The notes beneath the pieces are model-generated. The model saw only the letters and a program-made list of their open reading frames with translations, did not search any database and had not been told where the DNA came from. A DNA stretch of 27,222 nucleotides, from the NCBI GenBank assembly GCA_016215145.1, contig JACRLA010000334.1:1-27222 (forward strand). The letters are read 5' to 3'. The position numbers and the translations under genes were made by a program. This DNA is from Chloroflexota bacterium. Its GTDB lineage: Bacteria; Chloroflexota; Anaerolineae; Anaerolineales; VGOW01. This document shows positions 16,651-24,818 of the stretch, piece by piece (position 1 is the stretch's first letter; the number at the start of each line of letters is the position of its first letter).

Positions 16651-18608
16651 AGTTTTTATTCCTCGACACTTATTACACCAAGTTTCTTCACTTTCATTAT
16701 CGGCGGCACCCGCAGTTAGAGACGTATTCGTACAACGACCAACTGCGTTCCTTGCTCGATCAATGCTTCGGCACGTCTGATTTTTATTCGGAAAATTTGC
16801 GGGCGTTAGGACATGAGGCGCATGATCTAATCCCCAATTGTGTCCCGCTTCAACGTCAATGGGCGAAGGAAAATGGGCGGGCGTTATGGCGATCTTGTCC
16901 GCTCGAATCGGATGGCGCGCGTCTGAAGGTGTGGCAGCACGCGGTGATCGCCGCGCAGTTGGAGAAATTCCGACCCGATGTATTGTATGTCCAAAATATG
17001 AAGTGGACGGATACAGACCTGCTGAGAATGGTTCACGACAATGTGCGGCTCGTCATCGGGCAGACGGCGTCACCGCTTCCCGAAATTGACTTGAGTGGCT
17101 ACGACTTGGTGTTGAGTTCATTTCCACATTTTGTCGCTCAATTGAAACGAATGGGCGTTGCCAGCGAATATCTGCGGATTGCTTTTGAGCCGCGAGTATT
17201 AACCCGCATCCCAAAATCCAAACGCGATGGCGTAATTTTTCTTGGATCGTATTCGCCCGATCATCAGCGCGGCACAACGATGCTAGAAGCGGTGGCGCGG
17301 CACTGCCCGTTGGAATTTTGGGGGCAGGGTGTGGAGTCGCTGTCTCCCGATTCGCCGATACGCCGCACTTATCGTGGCGAGGCATGGGGGATCGAAATGT
17401 ATCGCGTGTTGTCTTCGTCACACATTGCCCTCAATCGGCATATCGAAGTGTCGGGGCGTTTTGCTAACAATATGCGGCTTTATGAAGCAACCGGCGTTGG
17501 GACGTTATTGATCACCGATGCAAAAGAAAATTTAGAAGATCTCTTTGAAACAGATCAAGAAGTGGTGGCGTATCGCTCGGCAGACGAGTGTGTCGAGAAA
17601 ATTCGATACTATCTAGATCATGAAGAGGAGCGTGAGAAGATCGCTCAAGCCGGTCAGACGCGGACTCTGCGTGATCACACTTATGCCAACCGGATGGAAG
17701 AAGTATCATCTTTCGTCGAAAAGTATGCGCGGGCATCGGTGGTAACCCCGCGCGATCTTGTGCGTGTTTGGAAGCGCGATCATTTCAGGCGGGTGTGGCG
17801 CAGACGCTCTCTATCTCTATTGAAGCGCGCGGAAAAATTGCCCGGCATCCGCCGCCTGAAGTGGGAATGGGAGAGACGACGGCGCGCGCCGACTCTACCG
17901 CGCAAAGTGTCTTACGGTTATCAACGGCTGTCTGCCTCGCAATCTTTGGCAGATTTGAGAAATAGCTGGCGCGATCCCAACATCCCATTGGCGCAGCGTG
18001 CGTTGGTGAACGACGATCTACGCAAGATGTATTTTGGTTTCCCGTCGTTGATGTATCAAATGTCGGCGCGCGCGGTGGCGCGCACCGACTTGGTTGATCC
18101 TTTGATTGTGGAAGTGGGATGCGCCAGCGGCTATTACTCCGAAGTTCTCTCGCACCTCTGCGGGGGCGTCGTTAATTATGTTGGCTTGGATTATTCATTT
18201 CCGCTTGTGTCTCAAGGCAAGGGAGTCTATCCACATCTGCCTCTGATCAATGGCGACGCTTGTCACTTGCCGTTCGGAAATTCGGCCTGTGACATTTTGT
18301 TTTCGGGGACGGTGTTGCTACACGTCCCTGATTACGAATCGGTGATCGCCGAGTCGGCGCGCGTATCAAAACAGTGGTGTATCTTCCATCGCACGCCGAT
18401 CTTCGAGAGGGCGCCGACGGCGGCGTTTTCAAAGTTCGCCTACGGCGTGTGTACGGTTGAATACGCATTTAATCGTGACGAGTTGTTTCGCTTATTCGAC
18501 CGACATGGCTTAGAGGTAATCGAAACATACCATATTGAACAATACACTTTGCCCGGCGCCGACGAGGTGGCGCAAATGAAGACGTATCTTACGCTCAAAC
18601 GCAGTTGA
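16647..18608 (+). CDS. Fusion of a CgeB-like glycosyltransferase and a C-terminal class I SAM methyltransferase
   Basis: N part has NMRLYEATGVG and IAQAGQTRTLRDHTYANR. An Arg/Trp-rich linker follows. C part has VEVGCASGYY, YVGLDYS, GDACHLPF and VLLHVPD. Confidence 0.85.
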   Translation: MKFLFLDTYYTKFLHFHYRRHPQLETYSYNDQLRSLLDQCFGTSDFYSENLRALGHEAHDLIPNCVPLQRQWAKENGRALWRSCPLESDGARLKVWQHAVIAAQLEKFRPDVLYVQNMKWTDTDLLRMVHDNVRLVIGQTASPLPEIDLSGYDLVLSSFPHFVAQLKRMGVASEYLRIAFEPRVLTRIPKSKRDGVIFLGSYSPDHQRGTTMLEAVARHCPLEFWGQGVESLSPDSPIRRTYRGEAWGIEMYRVLSSSHIALNRHIEVSGRFANNMRLYEATGVGTLLITDAKENLEDLFETDQEVVAYRSADECVEKIRYYLDHEEEREKIAQAGQTRTLRDHTYANRMEEVSSFVEKYARASVVTPRDLVRVWKRDHFRRVWRRRSLSLLKRAEKLPGIRRLKWEWERRRRAPTLPRKVSYGYQRLSASQSLADLRNSWRDPNIPLAQRALVNDDLRKMYFGFPSLMYQMSARAVARTDLVDPLIVEVGCASGYYSEVLSHLCGGVVNYVGLDYSFPLVSQGKGVYPHLPLINGDACHLPFGNSACDILFSGTVLLHVPDYESVIAESARVSKQWCIFHRTPIFERAPTAAFSKFAYGVCTVEYAFNRDELFRLFDRHGLEVIETYHIEQYTLPGADEVAQMKTYLTLKRS

Positions 18609-18621
18609 GAATTAATATTTC

Positions 18622-19572
18622 ATGCGCCACTATTGCACCTATTTTGATCGTCATTACTTATATCGTGGTCTGGCTCTATATGGGTCGTTGATACAACATG
18701 ACTCAGAGTTCTTGTTATGGATTCTTTGCTACGACGACGAGTCGTATCACACCCTCCGAAAGCTAAATCTGTCCCGCGCCCGATTAATTTCACTCGCCGA
18801 ATTTGAAAATGCCAATCCTGAACTTGTCACGGTTAAACCGTCTCGGCAACTGCGCGAATATTATTGGACAAGCACTTCGTCGCTTCCGCTTTACGTTTTT
18901 GCCCAATCTCCCGATATTGATCTCGTCACTTACATTGATTCCGATCTCTTTTTTTATTCTTCGCTTCAACCGATTTTTGACGAACTGGCGGATCGATCTA
19001 TCATGCTCATCGAACATCGTTACTCGCCGGAGCGTGAATACCAAACGGCGATCAGCGGACTCTATAACGTGGGTTTGATGATCTTTCGCCGTGATGGCAA
19101 CGGACTCGGCTGTTTGCGTTGGTGGCGCGAGCGGTGTTTAGAATGGTGTTATGCCCGCGCCGAGGACGGCAAATTTGGCGATCAAAAATACCTTGATGAT
19201 TGGACGACGCGATTCGACGGCGTTGCCGTCTTGCAGCACTTGGGGGCAGGTGTTGCCCCTTGGAATTTGACTCGCTTTCCTGTGTATCAAGTTGATAATC
19301 GTTTAATGGCGCAAAATCAACCTTTAATCTTTTATCATTTCCATGCCTTTACCATTGTTGCTTCTTACCTATATGAGACTGTCACACCTACATATCATTT
19401 CGATCAGCAACAAGTAGACATGATCTATAAGCCATATATCTTGGCAGTGCGTCACGCAATCCATTCTGTCGCCAATGCTGATCCCGAATTTAATTTTGGT
19501 TACGGACATCGGGGACCTCGCAGTTTGCTTGGGGCAGCACTCTCACACCGTCTCATGGTATCGTTTGCGTAA
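18622..19572 (+). CDS. Putative glycosyltransferase (GT-A, nucleotide-diphospho-sugar transferase type)
   Basis: Contains MRHYCTYFD, TYIDSDLFF (DxD), YNVG, GDQKYLDDW, APWN and IFYHFH. Confidence 0.78.
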   Translation: MRHYCTYFDRHYLYRGLALYGSLIQHDSEFLLWILCYDDESYHTLRKLNLSRARLISLAEFENANPELVTVKPSRQLREYYWTSTSSLPLYVFAQSPDIDLVTYIDSDLFFYSSLQPIFDELADRSIMLIEHRYSPEREYQTAISGLYNVGLMIFRRDGNGLGCLRWWRERCLEWCYARAEDGKFGDQKYLDDWTTRFDGVAVLQHLGAGVAPWNLTRFPVYQVDNRLMAQNQPLIFYHFHAFTIVASYLYETVTPTYHFDQQQVDMIYKPYILAVRHAIHSVANADPEFNFGYGHRGPRSLLGAALSHRLMVSFA

Positions 19573-19574
19573 CC

Positions 19575-20546
19575 ATGCCTCCTAAGCTCTCTATCACCAC
19601 CCCCTCCTTCAACCAATCTCCCTATCTCGAACAAACGATTCGCTCCGTCATCACTCAACAAAATGTGAGCGTGGAGTATTTTGTTTTAGATGGCGGCTCG
19701 ACCGATGGCAGTGTCGAGATCATCAAGAAGTATGCGGATCGAATCAAGTATTGGGTAAGCGAACCTGATAAAGGGCAGACCGACGCCATTGTGCGCGGCT
19801 GGAAACGTGCGACGGGTGATGTGTTGGCGTGGCTCAACTCCGATGATTACTTTATGCCGAACGCCTTGCAAAAAGTTGCCGAAGCGTTTAGTGATCCAAG
19901 CGTGATGGTCGTCATCGGCAGTGGGGCGATTGTGGATGAAAGTGGCAACGTTATCGGCGACAAGTATGCGCGGCACTTCAACGTCGAAACGATGTTGACG
20001 ACGGGCGGCGGCGTCCCTCATCAGCCTTCTACTTTTGTGCATCGCCGTGTGATTGATATGATCGGCTATCCTGATCCTGAATTGCATTACGTGATGGATT
20101 GGGAATACTGGATTCGTATCGCGCTCGCCATTCCGCAAAATCAAATTCGTGTGATCTACGAACCCTTTGCCGCATTGCGAACTTGGGAAGGCACGAAGAC
20201 TCTCACTGGCACTGAAAAAATTTGCGACGAGCATCGCGCCGTGCTCGAAAAACTTTTTAACGGCAACACGTTGCCGCCTCATCTGCAAAAACTTCAAGCG
20301 CGATCACGGGCAGGTACTTATATCAAACAAGCGTTTCTGCAATGGCAAGCAGGTCGCGCCGCCGATGCACGGCGAAGTTTAGATCAAGCAAAAGAGATCG
20401 ATCCAACATCTCTCTCAGGCTGGCACGAACTCAAACTGCAACTGCAAACCCACTTGCCTTATCCCCTCTACGAAAAAGCCCGCCACACTTGGGGTCAACT
20501 CCGCCCTCTACTCTCCAACATCCAATCTCCAATCTCCAATCTCTAA
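19575..20546 (+). CDS. Glycosyltransferase family 2 (WcaE-like)
   Basis: Contains SITTPSFNQ, DGGSTDGS, SEPDKGQTDA, WLNSDD and MDWEYW. Confidence 0.92.
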   Translation: MPPKLSITTPSFNQSPYLEQTIRSVITQQNVSVEYFVLDGGSTDGSVEIIKKYADRIKYWVSEPDKGQTDAIVRGWKRATGDVLAWLNSDDYFMPNALQKVAEAFSDPSVMVVIGSGAIVDESGNVIGDKYARHFNVETMLTTGGGVPHQPSTFVHRRVIDMIGYPDPELHYVMDWEYWIRIALAIPQNQIRVIYEPFAALRTWEGTKTLTGTEKICDEHRAVLEKLFNGNTLPPHLQKLQARSRAGTYIKQAFLQWQAGRAADARRSLDQAKEIDPTSLSGWHELKLQLQTHLPYPLYEKARHTWGQLRPLLSNIQSPISNL

Positions 20547-20547
20547 C
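20513..20547. repeat. Heptamer tandem repeat (CTCCAAT)n x5 forming the GT2 C-terminus and stop
   Basis: ctccaac-atccaat-ctccaat-ctccaat-ctctaac encodes SNIQSPISNL*. Confidence 0.8.
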
Positions 20548-20548
20548 C

Positions 20549-22333
20549 ATGTGCGGCATCTGCGGTCTCTATCAATCCGATCACTCTGTGGATCACGCCT
20601 CGCTCAAAGCGATGAACCATCGCCAACGCCATCGCGGGCCCGACGACGAAGGCTACTACCTCTCGCCCGATCACCAACTTGGTTTTGGGTTTCGCCGACT
20701 CGCCATCATTGACCTCTCGCCCAACGGTCATCAACCCATGACCAACGAAGACGGATCACTTTGGATCGTCTTCAACGGCGAAGTGTATAACTACCCCGAA
20801 CTGCGGCGCGAACTTGTTAATGCCGGTCACGAATTTCGATCTACTTCCGACACCGAAACTGTTTTGCACGGTTACGAAGAGTGGGGTGTAGAAGTCGTTA
20901 AACGTTTAAGCGGCATGTTCGCCTTTGCTATCTGGAATCAAAACGATCACACACTCTTCATGGCTCGGGATCGTCTCGGCATCAAGCCGCTTCATTATTA
21001 TTGGGACGAAAAAAAATTCGCTTTCGCCTCCGAGATCAAATCGCTCCTCACCCTCCGCCTCAACACCGATCTCGATCACTCTGCTATCTGGGATTACTTC
21101 ACTTATCTCTACGTCCCCACGCCCAAAACAATTTACAAACACATTCGCAAACTGCCACCCGCGCATTACGCGATCTTCAATGGCGATCTAAAAATCAATG
21201 AGTATTGGGATATAAAAAATTGGGGGACTTCGCCTCTTTCCAAAGGGGATGCCGCCGATGCCGTGCGCGACCAACTTTTTAAATCTACCTCCTCCCACCT
21301 CATCGCCGATGTTCCCGTGGGCGTCCTCCTCTCAGGGGGGCTGGACTCAAGCGCGGTAACAGCCGCCGCCTCTAGCCAATCTCCAATCTCCAACCTCCAA
21401 TCCTTCTCCATCGGCTTTGATATTGAAGAACATTCCGAATTGAAATACGCCCAAATCGTCGCTGATACATTTCATACAACGCATCGCACGCGCATCGTCT
21501 CGCGTCAAGATTTTTCATCCGCGCTTGATCAAATGATCGATCTCTACGACGAACCTTTTGCCGATGGTTCCGGGTTGCCGACTCTGGCAGTGTCGCGGTT
21601 GGCGGCTGAACATGTGAAAGTTGTTGTGGCGGGTGATGGTGGCGATGAGACTCTCGCCGGTTACATCCGTTATCTTAAATGGGTGGAGATGGCTCAACGT
21701 GAGAGCGGCGCGCTGTTACTCCGCGATCTAATCTATGAAAAAATTTTGCTCAAAGCACTAACGCCGTTTACAGGCGTGCCAAAAATTTTAGGCTTGATCA
21801 GCGCCGGCGATCTTGATCTGCGCGGCAAGCGCGGCGCGGATCGTTATGGCGCCTTGATCGATTCAGTGAAAGCATTTCAAAAACCGAAACTTCTGCCCGA
21901 CCTTGCCCGCGAATTTAAAGACTACGATGATTATTGGTACGTGCGAAAATTTTGGCGCGACGACTTAGATGAAATTTCGGCGATGCAGTACGTGGACATT
22001 AAGACGTATTTGCATGACGATATTTTGACGAAGGTGGATCGGGCGAGCATGGCGGCTTCACTGGAAGTGAGGGTCCCACTATTAGATCATGCTTGGGTGG
22101 AGTTGGCGGCATCACTTCCGGCAGAGTGGCGATTCCAAAAATCAATTTTCCGCGAAGCGTTAATCGGCGTGCTGCCCGAATCAATTTTGAATCGAAGTAA
22201 AAAAGGATTCTCGGCGCCGCTCTTAAATTGGCAAGAGGCGCAAACCATCAACGGCGCGCGCTTGGGCGGTTCGGCGTTGTGGGCGTGGCAAGTGTACGAA
22301 ACATGGAGACAACATAGACTTCCGAAGTTTTAA
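20549..22333 (+). CDS. asnB: Asparagine synthase (glutamine-hydrolysing)-like amidotransferase
   Basis: N-terminal MCGICG (Ntn Cys), HRGPD, RRLAIIDLS, FNGEVYN, SDTE, ARDRLGIKPL, LSGGLDSS, GDGGDE and KVDRASMAASLEVRVP. Start is ATG 20549, not 20342. Confidence 0.93.
   Translation: MCGICGLYQSDHSVDHASLKAMNHRQRHRGPDDEGYYLSPDHQLGFGFRRLAIIDLSPNGHQPMTNEDGSLWIVFNGEVYNYPELRRELVNAGHEFRSTSDTETVLHGYEEWGVEVVKRLSGMFAFAIWNQNDHTLFMARDRLGIKPLHYYWDEKKFAFASEIKSLLTLRLNTDLDHSAIWDYFTYLYVPTPKTIYKHIRKLPPAHYAIFNGDLKINEYWDIKNWGTSPLSKGDAADAVRDQLFKSTSSHLIADVPVGVLLSGGLDSSAVTAAASSQSPISNLQSFSIGFDIEEHSELKYAQIVADTFHTTHRTRIVSRQDFSSALDQMIDLYDEPFADGSGLPTLAVSRLAAEHVKVVVAGDGGDETLAGYIRYLKWVEMAQRESGALLLRDLIYEKILLKALTPFTGVPKILGLISAGDLDLRGKRGADRYGALIDSVKAFQKPKLLPDLAREFKDYDDYWYVRKFWRDDLDEISAMQYVDIKTYLHDDILTKVDRASMAASLEVRVPLLDHAWVELAASLPAEWRFQKSIFREALIGVLPESILNRSKKGFSAPLLNWQEAQTINGARLGGSALWAWQVYETWRQHRLPKF
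21376..21403. repeat. Intragenic heptamer repeat (CCAATCT)n x4 inside asnB
   Basis: ccaatct-ccaatct-ccaacct-ccaatcc is read within SQSPISNLQS. Same unit as 20513-20547. Confidence 0.75.
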
Positions 22334-22348
22334 AAACTTCGGAAGTCT
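22316..22348. repeat. REP-like perfect palindrome overlapping the asnB stop
   Basis: AGACTTCCGAAGTTTT-A-AAAACTTCGGAAGTCT: two perfect 16-bp arms. The TAA stop at 22331-22333 lies at its centre. Confidence 0.85.
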
Positions 22349-22356
22349 GCCCCGCT

Positions 22357-23571
22357 ATGCGTCTCACATACATCACCACTGGCTCGTTCCCCACATCAAA
22401 GGCATCTTCCATTCAAGTGATGCAAATGTGCGCTGCCTTTGCCGAAGCGGGCGCGATGGTAAAATTGGTCGCGCGTCCTTTAGAGTCAAGCAACAATGTG
22501 TTTGATTATTATGGTGTCTCTCGAAATTTTTTGTTCGAGACTCCGCACTGGTTGAACGTGCCGCGCGCGGCGGATGTTTTTCAGATGCGCGCCGCGTGGC
22601 GCGAACGCGGCGATTGGATTTGTTATGCGCGTGGACGTGATCTCGTTGCGCCGTTTGTGGCGTTGTTGCGCGGCGCGCGCGCGTGCGTCGAGGCGCATGG
22701 TCGCCCGCTGACCGCGCGCGAAAAATTAATGCTCACTTGGATCGCCCGCCACCCACGCGGGCGTTTGATTGTCATCTCGCCGCCGCTGCAAGAAATTTAT
22801 CGGCGCGAATTTAATTTGGAGTCATTCGTTGCATCGGATGGTGTTGACCTCAAACGTTTTGAGCCACGTCTGTCGAAAGAAGAAGCGCGCGAAAAATTAG
22901 GAGTGGGGCAAATTGGCAAATTGCCCACCATTGCGTATGTGGGCGGGTTGTATGAAGGGCGCGGTTTAGAAATTCTATTTAAAGCTGTTGCCGCCTTGCC
23001 TGCGCAGCTGTTGATCGTAGGTGGACGTGATGCCGATGAAGTTGCCGCGTGGCGCGAGAAAGCAAAAGCGTTGGGCGCAGGTAACGTGCGTTTTGTTGGC
23101 TATCAATCACCGGCGCGAGTGCCGCTTTATCTCTTCGCTGCGGATATTTTGGCGATGCCTTACAGCGCGCGCACGCTCACGCCGAGCGGCGAAGAAACGA
23201 CTCAATCACCGGCGCGAGTGCCGCTTTATCTCTTCGCTGCGGATATTTTGGCGATGCCTTACAGCGCGCGCACGCTCACGCCGAGCGGCGAAGAAACGAC
23301 TCAATGGATGTCGCCCTTGAAGCTCTATGAATATCTGGCGGCAGGTCGCTCGATAGTGGCAAGTGATCTGCCCGCGCTGCGTTATGTGTTGACGCACGGC
23401 GAGAACGCTTTGTTAGCAGCGCCGGACGATGAAGGCGCGCTTCGTGATTCGTTTGATCAACTGCTGAAGGATGAGTCGCTGCGCGAGCGGCTGGCGGCAA
23501 ACGCCCGCGCCACGGCTGAACGCTCGACGTGGCTGACGCGGGCGAAAAAAATTTTGGAGTGTGCGAATTGA
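22357..23571 (+). CDS. Glycosyltransferase family 4 with an in-frame 33-aa duplication
   Basis: Contains MSPLKLYEYLAAGRSIVASDLP. Paralogous to 100..1266 (compare QVMQMCAAFA with QIAQMCSALA). Confidence 0.9.
   Translation: MRLTYITTGSFPTSKASSIQVMQMCAAFAEAGAMVKLVARPLESSNNVFDYYGVSRNFLFETPHWLNVPRAADVFQMRAAWRERGDWICYARGRDLVAPFVALLRGARACVEAHGRPLTAREKLMLTWIARHPRGRLIVISPPLQEIYRREFNLESFVASDGVDLKRFEPRLSKEEAREKLGVGQIGKLPTIAYVGGLYEGRGLEILFKAVAALPAQLLIVGGRDADEVAAWREKAKALGAGNVRFVGYQSPARVPLYLFAADILAMPYSARTLTPSGEETTQSPARVPLYLFAADILAMPYSARTLTPSGEETTQWMSPLKLYEYLAAGRSIVASDLPALRYVLTHGENALLAAPDDEGALRDSFDQLLKDESLRERLAANARATAERSTWLTRAKKILECAN
22903..22928. repeat. Imperfect intragenic palindrome (GGCAAATT twice, with GTGGG(G)CAA/TTGCCCAC arms)
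   Basis: gtggggcaaattggcaaattgcccac encodes VGQIGKLP. Confidence 0.55.
23103..23300. repeat. Exact 99-bp tandem duplication
   Basis: 23103-23201 equals 23202-23300 by eye. TCAAT occurs at 23103, 23202 and 23301. Confidence 0.95.
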
Positions 23572-24740
23572 ATTTTGATCTAGAACGTTGGTGGTCACGT
23601 CTCGTGATCGCTTTGGTGATCCTCCGCGTGATCATGATGGGTTTATTGTTGGGGGATGTGCCGAAGTTGGACTACCATGTGGGTTGGGCGTTTTATCACG
23701 GCGCAGACATCTATCCGTATTTTTTGGCGGCGCAGCGCGTGCTGGCGGGGGAGTTTGCTTACGTGCCGATGAGCGGCGCGTGGGTGTTGTGGATGGCGCT
23801 GGCGATCCGTTTAACGAACGCGAATGGTTACGAAGAGGCGCTGGCGTTTTTGACTCCGATCCACAGTTTTGTTTTGGGCTCGCTCAGTGTGTGGGTGATG
23901 GCGCAGTTGACGTGGCGCTTGACCGCTAGTCGTTGGCAGAGTTTGATCGCTACCGCGTCGTGGACTTTTTCTCCGTATCTGATGTGGTGGGCGTTCGGTT
24001 TTTTTCCACAGGCGGTGTCGTTGCGTAACGTGTTTGTGTCGCGCCAATTTTGGGCAAATGGTTTAACCGATGGACCGGCAATTTTTTTTGCGTTGCTGGG
24101 CGCATACTTGTTGATACGCGCTCATCAATTAGAAGAAACCCGTTTTCTTGGAGTCAAGCGGCTGTGGATTTTAGCGGGCGTGAGTTTGGGCATTGCTACC
24201 GCGATACGGATTCATTCGCTGGCGATGATTGCGCCGATGGTGTTTGCGCTGATATTGATGCGGCAGTGGCGGGCGATAGCGTGGTTCGCGTTGGGCGGGG
24301 TAGTGGGGTTTAGCCCGCAATTAATTTACAGCGCGTTCTTTGGAAGCATTCTGGACATTCCTTATATTCGCAATTGGCTGCGTCCGGGCGAAAATGGATT
24401 GCGGTTTGAATGGAACAACACGCCGTTCTCTCCGCGATTTTTGCTGGAGAATTTTTTGACGATCACGCGCGGCAATTGGCTGGTGATGTTGATCGCTGTG
24501 TTAGGATGCGCGATGTTGATTTACGCTTTTTGGCGGATGTGGGTTCAACGCGGCAAGGTGGAAGCGTTGACGGCGTTTGTCGCTCCGGCAGCGTCGTTTG
24601 GAGTTCACGTTTCCACGTATCTTTTTTTTGACGATCCGATTCGCTTCACCATGCCTGCGTTGAGCTTGGGTGTGCCAGCGATGGTGTGGACTTTGTTTGT
24701 AAGTTTAAATTTTACTTTTCAAAAAATTCGCGGCGATTGA
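23559..24740 (+). CDS. Polytopic membrane protein, putative GT-C fold (PMT/ArnT-like) glycosyltransferase
   Basis: Many hydrophobic segments and the pattern LTDGPAIFFALLG...LAGVSLGIATAIR. Start uncertain (GTG 23529, GTG 23559 or TTG 23568). Confidence 0.62.
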   Translation: MCELNFDLERWWSRLVIALVILRVIMMGLLLGDVPKLDYHVGWAFYHGADIYPYFLAAQRVLAGEFAYVPMSGAWVLWMALAIRLTNANGYEEALAFLTPIHSFVLGSLSVWVMAQLTWRLTASRWQSLIATASWTFSPYLMWWAFGFFPQAVSLRNVFVSRQFWANGLTDGPAIFFALLGAYLLIRAHQLEETRFLGVKRLWILAGVSLGIATAIRIHSLAMIAPMVFALILMRQWRAIAWFALGGVVGFSPQLIYSAFFGSILDIPYIRNWLRPGENGLRFEWNNTPFSPRFLLENFLTITRGNWLVMLIAVLGCAMLIYAFWRMWVQRGKVEALTAFVAPAASFGVHVSTYLFFDDPIRFTMPALSLGVPAMVWTLFVSLNFTFQKIRGD

Positions 24741-24787
24741 AATCGCGGCAACACAAGGCGAAGTCCACCTACGTGGACTTCGTGTTG
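24733..24787. repeat. Composite REP-like double hairpin overlapping a stop codon
   Basis: GCGATT-GA-AATCGC (24733-24746, contains the TGA stop) is followed by CGAAGTCCAC-CTAC-GTGGACTTCG (24759-24782), with outer arms CAACAC/GTGTTG. Confidence 0.75.
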
Positions 24788-24818
24788 ACGCAGATTTATC
24801 TGCCTTTGGAGGACTGTT

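Noticed and set aside
19686-20297. Long minus-strand ORFs (also 10881..11405, 25146..25667, 26328..26828, 2344..2751)
   Set aside because: They lie fully antisense to well-supported genes and have no recognisable motifs; they are shadow ORFs.
20342-20548. 69-codon N-terminal extension of AsnB in the ORF track
   Set aside because: Ntn amidotransferases need the Cys directly after the initiator Met (MCG at 20549). The extension overlaps the GT2 gene and translates repeat DNA.
22316-22348. Rho-independent terminator
   Set aside because: There is no downstream U run, the next gene starts 8 nt later in the same direction, and the near-loopless symmetry fits a REP-like element better.
23103-23300. 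CRISPR array or repeat-domain protein
   Set aside because: There are two abutting copies with no spacer, inside a GT4 reading frame.
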